A DNA stretch of 61,781 nucleotides, the filler included, from Trypethelium eluteriae (taxonomy: Eukaryota): NCBI GenBank assembly GCA_051942245.1. It is 2 parts of 2 records of this genome, joined end to end, with 100 filler letters (N's around TTAATTAATTAA, not from the genome) between each part and the next. Parts side by side here need not be neighbours in the genome. Positions count along the whole stretch, not along the records: positions 31,014 to 61,781 come from JAVECL010000283.1; 1 more part is not named here. One strand, 5' to 3'. How positions within the stretch are numbered: the first letter of the stretch is position 1; each line of letters opens with the position of its first letter. Below the pieces are notes generated by a model. That model was not told the origin of the DNA, ran no database searches, and worked only from the letters and a program-made list of their open reading frames with translations. Shown here piece by piece: positions 38,301 through 49,449 of the stretch. The position numbers and the translations under genes are program-made.

Positions 38301-39717
38301 CGTGAGTGATCACCAATGCAGATAGTTTCTCGGGCTCAACAGAGCTTAAGAAAGGCCCATAATGCATTCTGTCATTGTCACCCATTGATCTGTCTCGAGA
38401 TAAAGCTTCTTGGATTAAGCTCATTTCCTCTTTCAAGGCCGGAACCAGTTGTAGATGCCATTCCCACATGAGGGATGCCACCGGTTTAGTATGGAGTGTC
38501 GTATTGATGCCCATCTCTTTCATGGCATCATTCTCCATTCGCCAGCGTTCTGTGGCAGCAGTAAGAGCGCTCCGCTCAATCCTGATCTGACGCGCCTCGG
38601 CACTATTTGGGGGCATCCCTTCTTCACTCATCTCCGGAAAGATTTCTGTCAAATCTTCATTCTGCGCATTGTTTGAGGTAAATGGTGCTAACGACTCCTT
38701 AAGAGCTTTCAGTCCTAACCCTTTAAGCTGCACGGAACGGACTTCCGGCATGGATTGCTCAGGTGCGCCTTTGTGGGTATTCTCCGGCCCTGAATTTGCT
38801 ACAGCATCCTCCCTTTTTACGTTCTCTTCAATTTCAGCCGAGTCGGGAATGTTCGAACTTTGGAACTCAGGGTTTGAAATCTTCTGAAGTAGGGTATACT
38901 GCTCGTCGTCGTAATAGTCCCGGTCAAAGACATCTAGTCTATGGTTGTCGGCAAATTCGAGATACCTCCTGATGGTCCTCTCGCGTTCATCACCCGAGAG
39001 CAGGAGCAAGCAGCCATTGATAAGGGCGGCGAGGTTATTGGCGTCAGTTTGTATACCACGCCCACTCATTTGCCTTTCAAAGTAGCCCTGAGCAATTTTA
39101 TAGGTAGATTCGTTGGAGGTCCAGATTGCGTGTCCTGTCAGTTCTCTCAGAAAGACATTTTGGCACCTTACCGCCTCTTTCGAGCCAGCACCAAAATTTA
39201 ATTTTACGCGATTTAAAAGCTTTTCCGCCCTCTTCAGGTAGCCTGCCCTTAGACAAATTTCCAAATATTGTTCCAATTCTGCCGCCGAACCTCCGATGCC
39301 ATCGATCAGCTTCACCGAGTAATCTTGGCGTTGGGTTGCCTCATCCATCTGAATGGTTTTAGTAGGATCGATTGATCGAAGATACGAGTAACTAGAAGGG
39401 GTTTCTTGCTGAGCATTCGCCGGCCATTGGGTATGTATCGTGCTTTGGTATGGGAAAGGGGGAAAGTCGTGACCTGCGTGGGCATCGAGTTGAGCTACTG
39501 TAGACTGATGTCGCAAAGGTGGAGCTGTTTCACCAAACGAGCTCTTTCGTTTCCTAGAGTGCGAACTATTGTGATTTATCGGCGTCGATGTTGCTGAGAT
39601 TCTCCGTCCATGAATCGCAGGACAGAGCCATGGGAGGCGCAATTGCTCGAATGCTGATGATAAACTTGAGCGTAATGCATCTTGCCGAAGATTTCGTCTC
39701 GCAGCTCGTGGGAGCAT
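35311..39717 (-). CDS. RPO41: Mitochondrial single-subunit (T7-like) RNA polymerase
   Basis: Intronless 1468-aa ORF with an Arg-rich N-terminal presequence; DFRGRAYP, HQDGTCNGLQHYAALG, RKVVKQTVMTNVYGVT, PPNFIHSLDATHM, SVHDSFWTH and terminal YFFS. Confidence 0.98.
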   Translation of the reverse strand: MLPRAARRNLRQDALRSSLSSAFEQLRLPWLCPAIHGRRISATSTPINHNSSHSRKRKSSFGETAPPLRHQSTVAQLDAHAGHDFPPFPYQSTIHTQWPANAQQETPSSYSYLRSIDPTKTIQMDEATQRQDYSVKLIDGIGGSAAELEQYLEICLRAGYLKRAEKLLNRVKLNFGAGSKEAVRCQNVFLRELTGHAIWTSNESTYKIAQGYFERQMSGRGIQTDANNLAALINGCLLLLSGDERERTIRRYLEFADNHRLDVFDRDYYDDEQYTLLQKISNPEFQSSNIPDSAEIEENVKREDAVANSGPENTHKGAPEQSMPEVRSVQLKGLGLKALKESLAPFTSNNAQNEDLTEIFPEMSEEGMPPNSAEARQIRIERSALTAATERWRMENDAMKEMGINTTLHTKPVASLMWEWHLQLVPALKEEMSLIQEALSRDRSMGDNDRMHYGPFLSSVEPEKLSALVITHVLSALAMKGGAGGIRLAGLTKALGAQVEIESELRAFGGARLLQQLQKMPDKRRAMIRMRVNRAKFNLKGHRVGIDFTQDPSRPESSTNTARGSQQVKWSSALRVKVGAVLVSKLLETAKIQVSKEHPRTKEMLTELLPAFNHVYYWQRGKKRGHLDANLALVEKLTREPPSALIAKRLPMIVPPRPWTGFFEGGYFLEPIPVTKGKRSDKTQVSYVKAAADKGDMEQVFAGLTVLGKTAWRINQDVLKVQLQAWDTGEAITNFAPENPTLDSLPEPPKDSNDREAAATYRIAKARLDNERRGFHSKRCFQNFQLEVARAYRDETLYFPHALDFRGRAYPIPPYLNHMGADNARGLLTFANGKALGENGLRWLKIHLANVFGYDKASLRERENFTMQHLPDIRNAVTNPLDGNRWWLTAEDPWQTLAASFELTRALDSPDPASYISHLPIHQDGTCNGLQHYAALGGDNEGATQVNLEPGDRPADVYTGVAELIKEQCARDAENGHPQAKILQGKITRKVVKQTVMTNVYGVTFVGAREQVLRQLNDMIPELRGTDMLWKCAVYLAKGIFKALSTMFGGAHAIQRWFGHCADRISKSITAEQVKRFREAGTLKAGASLGRNEIKLQTSRLSDSIGCKSSVIWTTPLRMPVVQPYRTPKTKVVATSIQLISIAEPQIWDPVSRRKQMGGFPPNFIHSLDATHMFLSALKSDELGLSFASVHDSFWTHAGDVPVMNRLLRDAFVRMHSEDIVGRLAAEFEARYKGSWYLAGIYAKSEVGKKIQAWRKKNFGTAKDDDTEKRYARTYNTPLLQARELMIELDRLKDLESDDPEVRQQAEAMETPATILAGAEGDEEAFLAQAETAGLGVVDEKDSMADESPLSEGDKEALAHTETPGLGIAEERESMDSRRPLLEGSQEPIDISTTENVFIDGGAMEDSEDIAPGVPPSEKLTTLLKREKKKSKPAQKKFNVWIPITFPEVPKKGEFDVFRLKDSQYFFS

Positions 39718-40488
39718 GACAGAAACGAAAAGGCAAAAGATGAAGAAAGATTAGAAAAGAAGTAGAAGACAACGCGTCCGTTCAAAATCCAACTCTGAGA
39801 GCTTTCACTGTTAAGAAGGGATGTGGCGGAAGATCAACTTTTTTTTGCCCCAAGTACGCGGAGGATAGAGGCACTAAGAAGCCAGAGGTAAAGGGGTGGC
39901 TTATGTCAGCTGATGGATGCAAAACCTACGACATAACAGGACAAAAATCACGGCCCCGTGGACAGTGACGAAACGTGCAATGCTGTGCCGTCACCCACCC
40001 CATCACCCCATCGTCTCCCCCTGTGCCATTGCGTCACTCTAAGGTCTAGGAGCGTAGGTATAGCTTGGGGGATCCGAAGTAGGAGGTAGTGCGATGCAGT
40101 TCTGTAAGGTACAAGTAGTCGACGACTTCGCACCTCCGTGTCGCTACCGCAAGCTCCTTACATGTTCCTTTTTCAGAATTGTTAATGCCTCTCTCTGAGT
40201 AATGACATGCACTAAGAACTCGCCTTCACCGGTGCGAGCGCCCCTTCAATTGGCCTGAGGATGCCTGTGTTATCCCTGTTGTCGCCAAAATAGAGTAGAG
40301 TCCCAAGGCCACCACGACTGACGACGACTTTGGCCCCTTGGCATCGAAAGCGGATTCGGAGAACTCGAACTCCATACATCGGCACGGAGTAACAATGTTA
40401 GATACGAAGGAAGATATATTCTTATAGCTGTCAGGTTTTATTTGACTTGCTATCAACTTTGCCTTTTGCTAAATCCCTCTTGTCTACG

Positions 40489-41474
40489 ATGGCTGGGAAT
40501 AAGTTCAACCCTTCCAATGATATCCCAGATCTCGCTGGCCGAGTTATCCTGGTGACCGGAGGTCAGTCTCGTGTTGCCCAAACAAAGTTTCTGCTTTTTG
40601 ATTAACCTGATCAGGAAATACCGGTCTTGGTAAAGAAACCATTGCTGTATTGGCAAAACACAATCCGTCGAAGATCTTTCTTACAGCACGTAATGCTCAG
40701 AAGGCTACTACAGCTATCGAAGAAATAAAGAAAACCACACCGGATGCTTCTTTATCGTTTCTCGAGTGTGACCTGACTTCTCTTGCCTCTGTGCGAAGAG
40801 CCGCCAGAGCTTTCGTTGAGCAATCTCAACGGTTGGACATTTTAATGTGCAATGCTGGCATTATGGCTGTTCCCCCAGAACTGAGCAAAGATGGGTACGA
40901 GATCCAATTCGCCGCGAATCATCTGGGTCATGCCCTGCTCATGAAGCTGCTCCTTCCCACGCTCCTTAAGACCGCAGCGGAGCCAGACGGAGATGTACGA
41001 GTCATCAGTTTGAGTTCAACTGGTGCATGGTTCCCTCCTAAAGCAGGCATTCAATTCGACGCCCTTCGCACGCCTCAAGAGCTTGGTATAGGCGGGAGAA
41101 GCCTGCGCTACGGTCAAAGCAAACTCGCTAACATTCTGTATGCGGGCGAGCTGGCGGGTCGCTATCCACAGCTCACCAGTCTCTCCATTCATCCGGGGAT
41201 CATCCAGACTCAACTCGTCGACACCCAACCTCGTATGACGCAGATGCTCATAAAGGTGTCGGCGGCCGTACAGCAGCATGGGATGTTGCCACCCGAAGAA
41301 GGAGCTTTGAATCAGCTGTGGGCGGCTACTGCAAGAAAAGAGGACTTAAAGAATGGCGCTTTTTACACGCCAGTGGGACAATTAGCAAAGCCTTTTAAAT
41401 ACTCTCAGGATGTCGAGTTAAGAGAAAAGCTATGGGCGTGGACGCAGAAGGAGCTTGAAAACTACAGTCTGTAG
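40489..41474 (+). CDS. Short-chain dehydrogenase/reductase, retinol dehydrogenase-like (intron 40562-40614)
   Basis: MAGNKFNPSNDIPDLAGRVILVTGGNTGLG, NAGIMA, NHLGH, YGQSKLAN (YxxxK) and HPG. Confidence 0.92.
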
Positions 41475-41780
41475 CCTCGCTATGGAGTGCCAGACCGCCA
41501 GCAATGTGCAATTTTCTGTCTAACCTTCATCCCCTCATAATCTAGAATCCTCTGCCTGCTTTCTCCTTTTTCTTTTTTCCCTACCATCTTATCTGTTTCC
41601 TTCTAACTTCCTGCCGATGTTCTAGCGTGGGTACTTAGCTGCGTTCAATTCATACCAACTAAAGGCTACTCGATCAGCGTCCATCTCTTCTATCCGCAAG
41701 GATCCTCTGGTGAATGAGAATAGCACCTCAATGGATTTTTGAATGTAGAATAACCTGAAGGTGACCGTAGCGGACTTGCT

Positions 41781-42703
41781 TCATTTCTCCCACTCCGTGT
41801 TCGTTAGCCGTTGCATGAGGTATTCCACCTCGACTTCCTTTGTAAGTGGTATTACCCAGTCCTTGTAAATGTCAGCATCGTATCCCTCATTAGGACCCTT
41901 AGCTCTATTGCTCACCTTGTACATTGCGACAACAGCATCTACGTCAATCTTTGCCCCATCGTCTGCTCCAATGCTTGGGTCGGTCCCATAGGTCTTCGCC
42001 TTTAGCCTTAGTCGTTCCAACACTTTTTTCTCCACCTTCTCATCTGTGATGGCTGCACCGATCCCTTCTCTGTCCCCTCTTTTGATCATGTCAATGTAGA
42101 ACTCAGTCTCTTTCCTGAACTTCGACTCTGCCACGAATTTCCCAAAATGTATTCGACGAGACAGTGCCTGTAGACACGAGACATCGCATGTGGCGGTACT
42201 GCCAAAATTCTCCTGCGCTTCACCACGCTCGGCTCGCCCGAACTGCCTACATGCGGCCGGCAGAATGTGCTCTATGTAGCTTGCCTTGAGCTTCTCGTTC
42301 ACATTGACATCATTTGGATGGAGAATCTTGGGATAGTGTATTGGGACAAGGATGGGAGTTTGAAGCGCATCTGGAAAGAAAGGATATTCATCTGGTGACT
42401 GATAACGTCTCACGAGTGATTGCAGGTGTTCCTGCTCGCGGAGCATCCAGTCGAAGAGGGAAAGAGGTGAGTTTGGGATTTTAACGCCGCCAGGTCTGTA
42501 GATGGTAGCATTCAAGGGAAATTGGGCACGTTCGATTAAGTGGAAGGTTATCGTGTCTTCGAGACGTCTGTATAGACGAGCCTGAGCAAGGACTCGATGT
42601 CTACAGAGTTTGTGTGTGGGGATAAAACCTACATCAATTGGAAGCGGATGTGAGATAGGTCAAGCGCTTTGGATTCATCTGAAAGGTCAATTGCTGCGTC
42701 CAT
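41781..42703 (-). CDS. ARO7: Chorismate mutase (eukaryotic AroQ type)
   Basis: [60 protein letters not shown] and [12 protein letters not shown]. Introns 42568-42632 and 41862-41915; the second is 54 nt and stop-free, so the ORF track reads through it. Confidence 0.96.
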
Positions 42704-43006
42704 AGCGATCTGACCGGTGTTGAAGTCGGATGCAGCTAGAGTATCAAGAAGGCTCCCAGCTGTCGAGCTACTGAGCTTTGTTGGGGCTTGATGTGGCTCA
42801 GGCAGAAAAAAGTTCCGTCGGAGTTGACATCGTACCCGCATGTGACGCAGTCAGTTGAGTTCCAGTATTGTTGCGGAGTTTGGAAGACTGAAGGCACGCG
42901 ACCTTGCACATGGTCACACTTAACGAACCAAAGCACGAACCTTTTTTCTATGCAAACCCTGATCAAGATTCGGGATGCTTTGAACTCCACCAGAATTTGA
43001 CAGTAT

Positions 43007-45217
43007 ATGGCCGAGTCAACACATGGCAATGGCTCGCCGCCACGAAGCCATGGTCGATCGAGGTCTGATCTTGCGAGTAACTTCGGAGCAGACGACTCCA
43101 TTCTTGGAAATTCGTTATCTGTAAGGAATTTAGAGCCCAGCCGGCGCTGGTCTCTATTGCTGATTCTACGCAGTCTCGGCAACTCGAAGCATTCGGGCGA
43201 AAGGTGACAGCGACCGCAGGTCATCTTATAGGACCACTGGGAGAAGGGGGCACACAGCAACACTATCAAGGTGCCCTAGGAGATATACACCGAGAACTAC
43301 GGCGACCCCTGATACAACGCTCTGTCTTTGCTCTTACGCAGTCCTCGCCGAGAGAAATTGTCAGGTCCACTCTCTCCGTACCAGAAATCCAGCACCGCGC
43401 ACTGACATTCCTTCCGGATGAGCTTCTGGCAAACATACCAGAAGACAATAGTACCTACTCTTTATTTCAAGGATTCCAGGCAACTATTCCAGAAGATGAA
43501 GGAGATAGAGGCAGTCATCACAGGCGAAGACATGGCCGGCACGGCTCCAAAGGACAGAAGCTTATTGGCGCAGCTGGAGACGAAGCAGAAGAAACTCCAA
43601 ACCTGAAGACTTTGCGAAGCGAAAAGACTGGCCTGGACCGCAAGCTAGAGATGATGGCAGTCAGAAAGAACATGTGCAGCTCAGAAATTCGAGAGATTGA
43701 CAACAAGATCTCAAATTTGAACACGATGCGAAAGCTTGTGCTCGATCGATTGGCCAATCTAGAACAGGAGGAGCTGGAAATTGAACACGAGATCCATGAA
43801 GTGGATGATAAATTGGAGATTCTGGAGGGAGAATTGGAAGACGCAGCAGCTCTGGCACAAAAGTCGCCGGTCTCGAAGACTGCAGAGGGTGAAGATGCAG
43901 AAGAGCCAGATTCTCCGGGAATGCAGGCTTCATTCATGTCTGAATCGATATATCAGAAGCTTCCATCACCCAAGTCGAAAAGAAAGAGGGTAAATCGGCG
44001 AATATCAATGCCAGTCCTGCACGAGCATTTGCAACCCGGGTCAAAAATCAAAGAGCTCCCAGCACATGAAGATGTGATCTCTGCCCTTGACTTTGACGCC
44101 CCGTTCGGAACCATGGTCACCGCAGCACTGGATGATACCGTGAGAGTATGGGACCTCAACGCTGGTAGGTGTATGGGACTTTTGGAAGGCCATCTATCAT
44201 CTGTACGATGCCTACAAGTAGAGGAGAACATCGTCGCAACGGGCTCTATGGATGCTACGATCCGGTTGTGGGATCTGAGCAAGGCAGACTACGTGCCACT
44301 GATACTTCATGATAACCGAGTCAACAAGGCGCATCCGGAAAATGATGAAGATGATGGCGGTAGAGTGGTCCGTCACGAGGAGAATGACTCTGAGGTGACA
44401 TCTGACATATCCACCTCAGAATGTCCACCATCGTTAGCATCTATGGCAGACTGTCCTTTGTTTACTCTTGAGGCCCATGTTGCTGAAGTTACGGCGTTAC
44501 ATTTCAAAAATAATACACTGGTATCTGGCTCCGCAGACAAGACCCTTCGCCAGTGGGATCTCGAAAAGGGTCGACCGGTCCAAACTCTTGACGTGCTCTG
44601 GGCAGCCGCTCAAGCTTCGGCTGCTATCACGCCACCTGGAAGCAATCATGATCTTAGTGGGGGAGGTTGGCGACACACCGGTCGTCAAGCTGACGCCTCC
44701 GCTGATTTTGTTGGAGCACTTCAGTGTTTTGATGCTGCTCTGGCTTGCGGTACTGCCGACGGAATGGTCAGGCTGTGGGATCTACGGAGCGGGAGCGTAC
44801 ATCGAAGTCTAGTTGGGCATACAGGACCTGTAACAGCACTCCAGTTTGACGATGTGCATCTTGTGACGGGTAGTCTGGATCGCAGCATCAGGGTGAGTGA
44901 ACACATTTTAGGCTCCGAAATTCACGCCTGACAGCCCTTTGCAGATATGGGACCTACGAACTGGTGGCATCTACGATGCATATGCGTACGATAATCCGAT
45001 CAGTAGCATGATGTTCGACGCGAGGAGAATAGTCGCTGCGGCAGGGGAGAACGTCATAAAAGTGTACGATAAGACGGACGGAAGGCATTGGGATTGCGGA
45101 CCTGGTTCTAGCGTCCATGAGACCATCAGTTCTACAAAAGTAGAACATGTAAGAATTAAAGACGGATACATGATTGAAGGGCGAAGAGATGGGATGGTCG
45201 GAGCCTGGTCTTGCTAG
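43007..45217 (+). CDS. MDV1: Mitochondrial fission adaptor Mdv1/Caf4 (coiled coil plus WD40)
   Basis: [24 protein letters not shown], central coiled coil, [25 protein letters not shown] and [11 protein letters not shown]. Introns 43121-43173 and 44893-44944. Confidence 0.92.
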
Positions 45218-45432
45218 CACATATGTATATATATCAGCATAACGGGCATTCCCCTGGACTTGGGGTTTGGGAAGTCAATTTTGAAATACTAAAATACAGA
45301 GAGATTCGAATCTCATCTAATCATGACGATCCGTCTCTGTGCTATACAGCCAAGGATATCGATGTGCTCAGCTACTCCTTTACGCCGCATTGTACGATAT
45401 ACTCCACAATTTAGCGGAGTGAGTATGATCCG

Positions 45433-46309
45433 TTATGATTCCTTTCTCGAATGACCCACGCACTTAGACCACCCTATCAAAAATTAGCAAGGATCCTATC
45501 AGGACTTAGCACAAATAAGACTCACCAGGCAGTCCGCACCCAAACCCAACAAACAAGTATATCAAGAATATCACCACCACAACCAGCAAAACCATCAATC
45601 TTACATTCTTCCACCACATCTTCCTCCTCAACCCCCTACTCCTCACCCTAAAATCCCGCGCACTGCCCCCCAACCGATCCGTCTTATCCACCAAGAGATC
45701 GATACGCTCCCCCCTCTCCAACACCCTCTCAATATTCTCCGACATAATCCCCCTCACATCCTCAATCTCCCCCTGCACATTCCGAAACGCATCCTGCCTG
45801 CCCGCCTCCGTGCTCCCAAACTCCACCATCAGCTTCTTCAGCACCGCATTGAACGCCGCGGCTCCGTACGCCGGGAGCTCCGCGAACTGCGTCGTCGCAG
45901 GCGGATAGTCGGCGAGGAAGCGGCGCCGGATCTCGACGAGGTACCCGAAGGGCACCCGTCGCCCGAGATCGGATTGCGCGATCACGAGGTAGGTGAGGGC
46001 GCCGGCGCTGGAGGACTGCTGCGAAGAGGGGTGGTCGGAGGCGGCGTCGGCGATGTAGTGGATGAAATTGGCTCCGTGCGTGTAGGTTAGCTTTTGTGGC
46101 TTCGAGTGGTCGATTTTGGGGAGGATGAGGGAGGCGAGGGAGGAGGTTTGCGAGGCGGCGGAGGTGGTGTGTTCGGTGAGGATGGTGGTGCCGTGGGCGA
46201 TGCAGGAGCTATATCGGGTGGGGAATATGGGTTAGCGGAGGGATGTGAGGAGGCTGCCTGGAGAGACTAACTAGAGGAGGGGGGATGAAGACGAGGATGA
46301 GGATGCCAT
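45433..46309 (-). CDS. Longin-domain R-SNARE, VAMP7/Nyv1-like (3 exons)
   Basis: PLLYSCIAHGTTIL longin start (intron 46209-46271); SNARE motif VRGIMSENIERVLERGERIDLLVDKT, MWWKN and a TM segment; last intron about 45474-45525, ending WSKCVGHSRKES*. Confidence 0.9.
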
Positions 46310-46790
46310 GGTTGGCGTGAACAACAAGAGGGGGATTTCTATGGAGTCAGGACTTCGAAATAGATCCTGGTGGATAGGAGACGTTCTTCAAGTTCAAGGA
46401 CTAAGACGATCCGCGGCTCTGGTGGAAGATGGGCTATGATAGGTACCTAGATATCCTCACCATAGGAGTGTTGGAGGACAATGACGATGTCGGTCCGGGT
46501 AAATTTCGGCACAATCTGTCAGTGATTCGATACATTCGGATAAGCATTAGTACCTTCGACACTTATGCATCTTACGAAGAAAACAAAGATCTTACATGGA
46601 TGACATTGGATATACGCTAAATAGCCTGCATTTTATTCATAGGCACTTTTATTACAATGCCTGCAGTGGTCCGCTATTCTCGAACCAAAAGATAGTAACG
46701 TCAATTCCCAACATTTCTAGAACTGTGAGATCGCTGTGGTCCTCATGAAAGTCGTAAACGACCAACCCCAGTCAGAATTTTAGAGTACTC

Positions 46791-48050
46791 TCACCAGACG
46801 GTTTCATTGCCCTGCACTCCTTCCGCCGTATTGTCCTCTGGCCATTCTGGCCACTCATGACTTTGGGATGTAGACCATCCTGTTTCCTCATCTTCTTTCC
46901 CCTTCCTCAGCTTCATCATAGCTCTAGAACACGCTTGCACTAACCTCGTTAGCCAAAACTTGGGACTATCTTTACCATCCGGTTCCCACCGCCACGATTT
47001 TCCCTCACAATATGTGCACACATATGTGCCCGGCTCTTCAGCCTTGACTTTCCGCCTTAGCCCAGTTGTCACTCTCTTGGACCAGGTTAGGAGCCGACAA
47101 CGACCTCCTGCTTCGGTGGTCTCGTCGCTCTGAGACCCATGAACTGAGCCCCAAGAACCACCAGCGTTCCCTTCCTCGCCGGGCTCAGCGGATGTGTCTG
47201 GCACCGCGGTGGACGGCTCGGACTCGGGAAATAACTCGGGTCGTAGACGTCTCCATTCCTCTTCGAAACCTTCCGCTAACGCCTCCCTTACGAAATTTTG
47301 GATAACTTCATTGTAGATAGTTTTCTTGGGGACGAAGTCTTTCGATATAAGTTTCCAAATCGTCCTAAAATGGTGCACAAAGTGACCATTGTCTGTATGC
47401 GTATACTTTCCGTAACTGTGGGCAAGGAAACAACGTTGCTCATAGACGTTGCTGTTATCCCAACCATACCAGCATTCAGAGAGACGTACGAAAAGCATGC
47501 AGATAGCCTCCCGAGCAAGATACGCTTCGGAGGCGAATTCTGGGTTGACAAAGTTTTCTTCTGTGAACTTGTGCTTTTGTATAAGATCCTCGATGATAGT
47601 AAGGAGCTTCAGAAGATACACCTGACGTGTTATATCGGAGGCGGGACACTGCCAGTCTCCCTGGTCTGTTATCCAATTAGTAGTTCTTGGATAGGCCTTA
47701 TAGATATCATTTGTAGATGCTTCTTCCAGCTCCCACTTGAAGTCTTCAGACACGAAGTAATCAGTCGGAGCCTTTTCGGAATTCAAGTCAACTTTCCATA
47801 GATCGACGCGAAGTCCCCTGAAAAGAATCCACCACTGCGCGCTGCTCCACTCAGACTCCATGCACCAAGGACGACGCAGGTATTGCTTGACGTTCTCCCA
47901 TGATCCGTGACAGTAGTAAAATCTCGGCTCGTGCAATACTTCAGCATTTCCAGTATCTAACACCGATTCGTCTTCGTCCGCGGTAGTGTCCGATATCGTT
48001 GGTGTGGCTGGTACCATTGCAAGGCCCGCTGCGATGGTGTTTTCTCCCAT
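46791..48050 (-). CDS. Hypothetical protein, 419 aa, Trp/aromatic-rich, no recognised domain
   Basis: Uninterrupted ATG-to-TGA ORF of 1260 nt with no overlapping known gene. Confidence 0.6.
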   Translation of the reverse strand: MGENTIAAGLAMVPATPTISDTTADEDESVLDTGNAEVLHEPRFYYCHGSWENVKQYLRRPWCMESEWSSAQWWILFRGLRVDLWKVDLNSEKAPTDYFVSEDFKWELEEASTNDIYKAYPRTTNWITDQGDWQCPASDITRQVYLLKLLTIIEDLIQKHKFTEENFVNPEFASEAYLAREAICMLFVRLSECWYGWDNSNVYEQRCFLAHSYGKYTHTDNGHFVHHFRTIWKLISKDFVPKKTIYNEVIQNFVREALAEGFEEEWRRLRPELFPESEPSTAVPDTSAEPGEEGNAGGSWGSVHGSQSDETTEAGGRCRLLTWSKRVTTGLRRKVKAEEPGTYVCTYCEGKSWRWEPDGKDSPKFWLTRLVQACSRAMMKLRKGKEDEETGWSTSQSHEWPEWPEDNTAEGVQGNETVW

Positions 48051-48689
48051 ACTACTTATTGTATGGAGCAGATTTTCGGAGATTTCGAACAGAACCCCGA
48101 GTGTGATCTAGCACAAAGAGGAGTCGGATCGCCTGGATTCGTCAACAATGAAAAATATCCCTCGCTTTCGAACGCACAGCAATCTGATCTGGTCGAGTCA
48201 TGCCTATATATACTACCCAAAAGCCTGGGTAAAGCCAGCCAACTGGGACAAAGCAGAATGTCTTGTCGTCGGAACATGGTAGGAATAGAACAAGGTCCAC
48301 AAAGCCTCGAGGTTTGTTCGAGCAGTGGCTTGTTGATTCGAGACAAAGGAGATGTTGTTTGAGCATGCTACCGAAGCATTCGAATGTTACGTGATAAGCA
48401 GTGAATTTGTAGCCCGTTTGCCTTTGCTGCATTTGCCTAGCTGATGATACCCTACTCGCTTTCGTCACTGTGCGGTCGCATTTTCAGTGTCTGCAGATTC
48501 AGTGCATTCGGTAGGTTTGTGAGTATCTGGCTTTTCGGTAGCGGGGTCAGCAGTATGGCTGTGAGATAGTGAAGGGTTTTGCCCTCAAACATAACCCCAT
48601 TTGGACCGCAGAGTATCAATGCCATCTGGTGCTCCGACGTCGAGAGTGTTGAACGTCCGGGTGAGTCTATCGCGCGTCTCAAGATCTAC

Positions 48690-48960
48690 GTCGCTGCTGT
48701 ACATGGTGACACGTGCTGATTTCGCATGCCAATGCATTTTCTGAACTCTGTACGGCTCCTCCCATCGTGGTTCAAGCTTGTGGCTTTTCTGATTGTCCTG
48801 AGCAAGTCTTCTGAGAATTACCATGTCGCCGACTTTTGGTCTGATTTGATCTGGACCGGCCTTCTTAACAAATCTGCGATGCTGTTATGAGCGTCGACGA
48901 ATTGACTCATCACGAATCTCAACGCATTCCTACTGCCGCGAACCAAGTGTAGATCAAATT
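48690..48960 (-). mobile_element. Degenerate Ty3/gypsy LTR-retrotransposon integrase C-terminal fragment
   Basis: RPKVGDMVILRRLAQDNQKSHKLEPRWEEPYRVQKM matches the integrase GPY/F module (GDxV...KLxPRWxGPYxV). There is an upstream stop, and no LTR or RT is visible. Confidence 0.75.
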
Positions 48961-49449
48961 CATTCGCAAAGCATCAGTAGGGCGTTTTAAACACAGCCGA
49001 AGGCCCTGGCTAAGCGTAACAATGCTTTTCGGACGACCCGATTTCGATTCACGGTCACTTCTCGATCATCTTCGTCCTGACAGCTATCTTTCCCAGCCAA
49101 CCAGCAGTAGCGCATTATTCTGCCGCACTTCGGCCTGGCTAGCAAGACAATTCTTCCGCCTTGGTACGCGTCACTCGTCTTCCTGGTACTTCGCTAAACT
49201 GATGTGCTGTTTGCGCCGGATGGCTCGTATGACTTGCATCAGTGCAGGAATCGGACCCGCTGGCGACGCCCCCACCTATTGCTTCGAAGTCGGTTGAACT
49301 GAATGAACAGCCAGTTCTTACTTACACGGGCTGCACGGCAGAATGGGAACGTGGCTTTCCAAACGTAAGCATATAGGCGGCAGGTTGTGTGTGTGCATTC
49401 GTACCTACGTCAAGACACCGTCTTCTGTCGGGTGATTATTTTGGCGGAT

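Noticed and set aside
35311..39717. Phage T7-like RNA polymerase as a viral or plasmid insertion
   Set aside because: The targeting presequence and overall architecture identify it as the ordinary nuclear-encoded mitochondrial RNA polymerase.
45530..46300. Strong strand skew (C-rich then G-rich) across the SNARE gene
   Set aside because: It lies inside a normal CDS and is explained by codon usage; no repeat unit is present.
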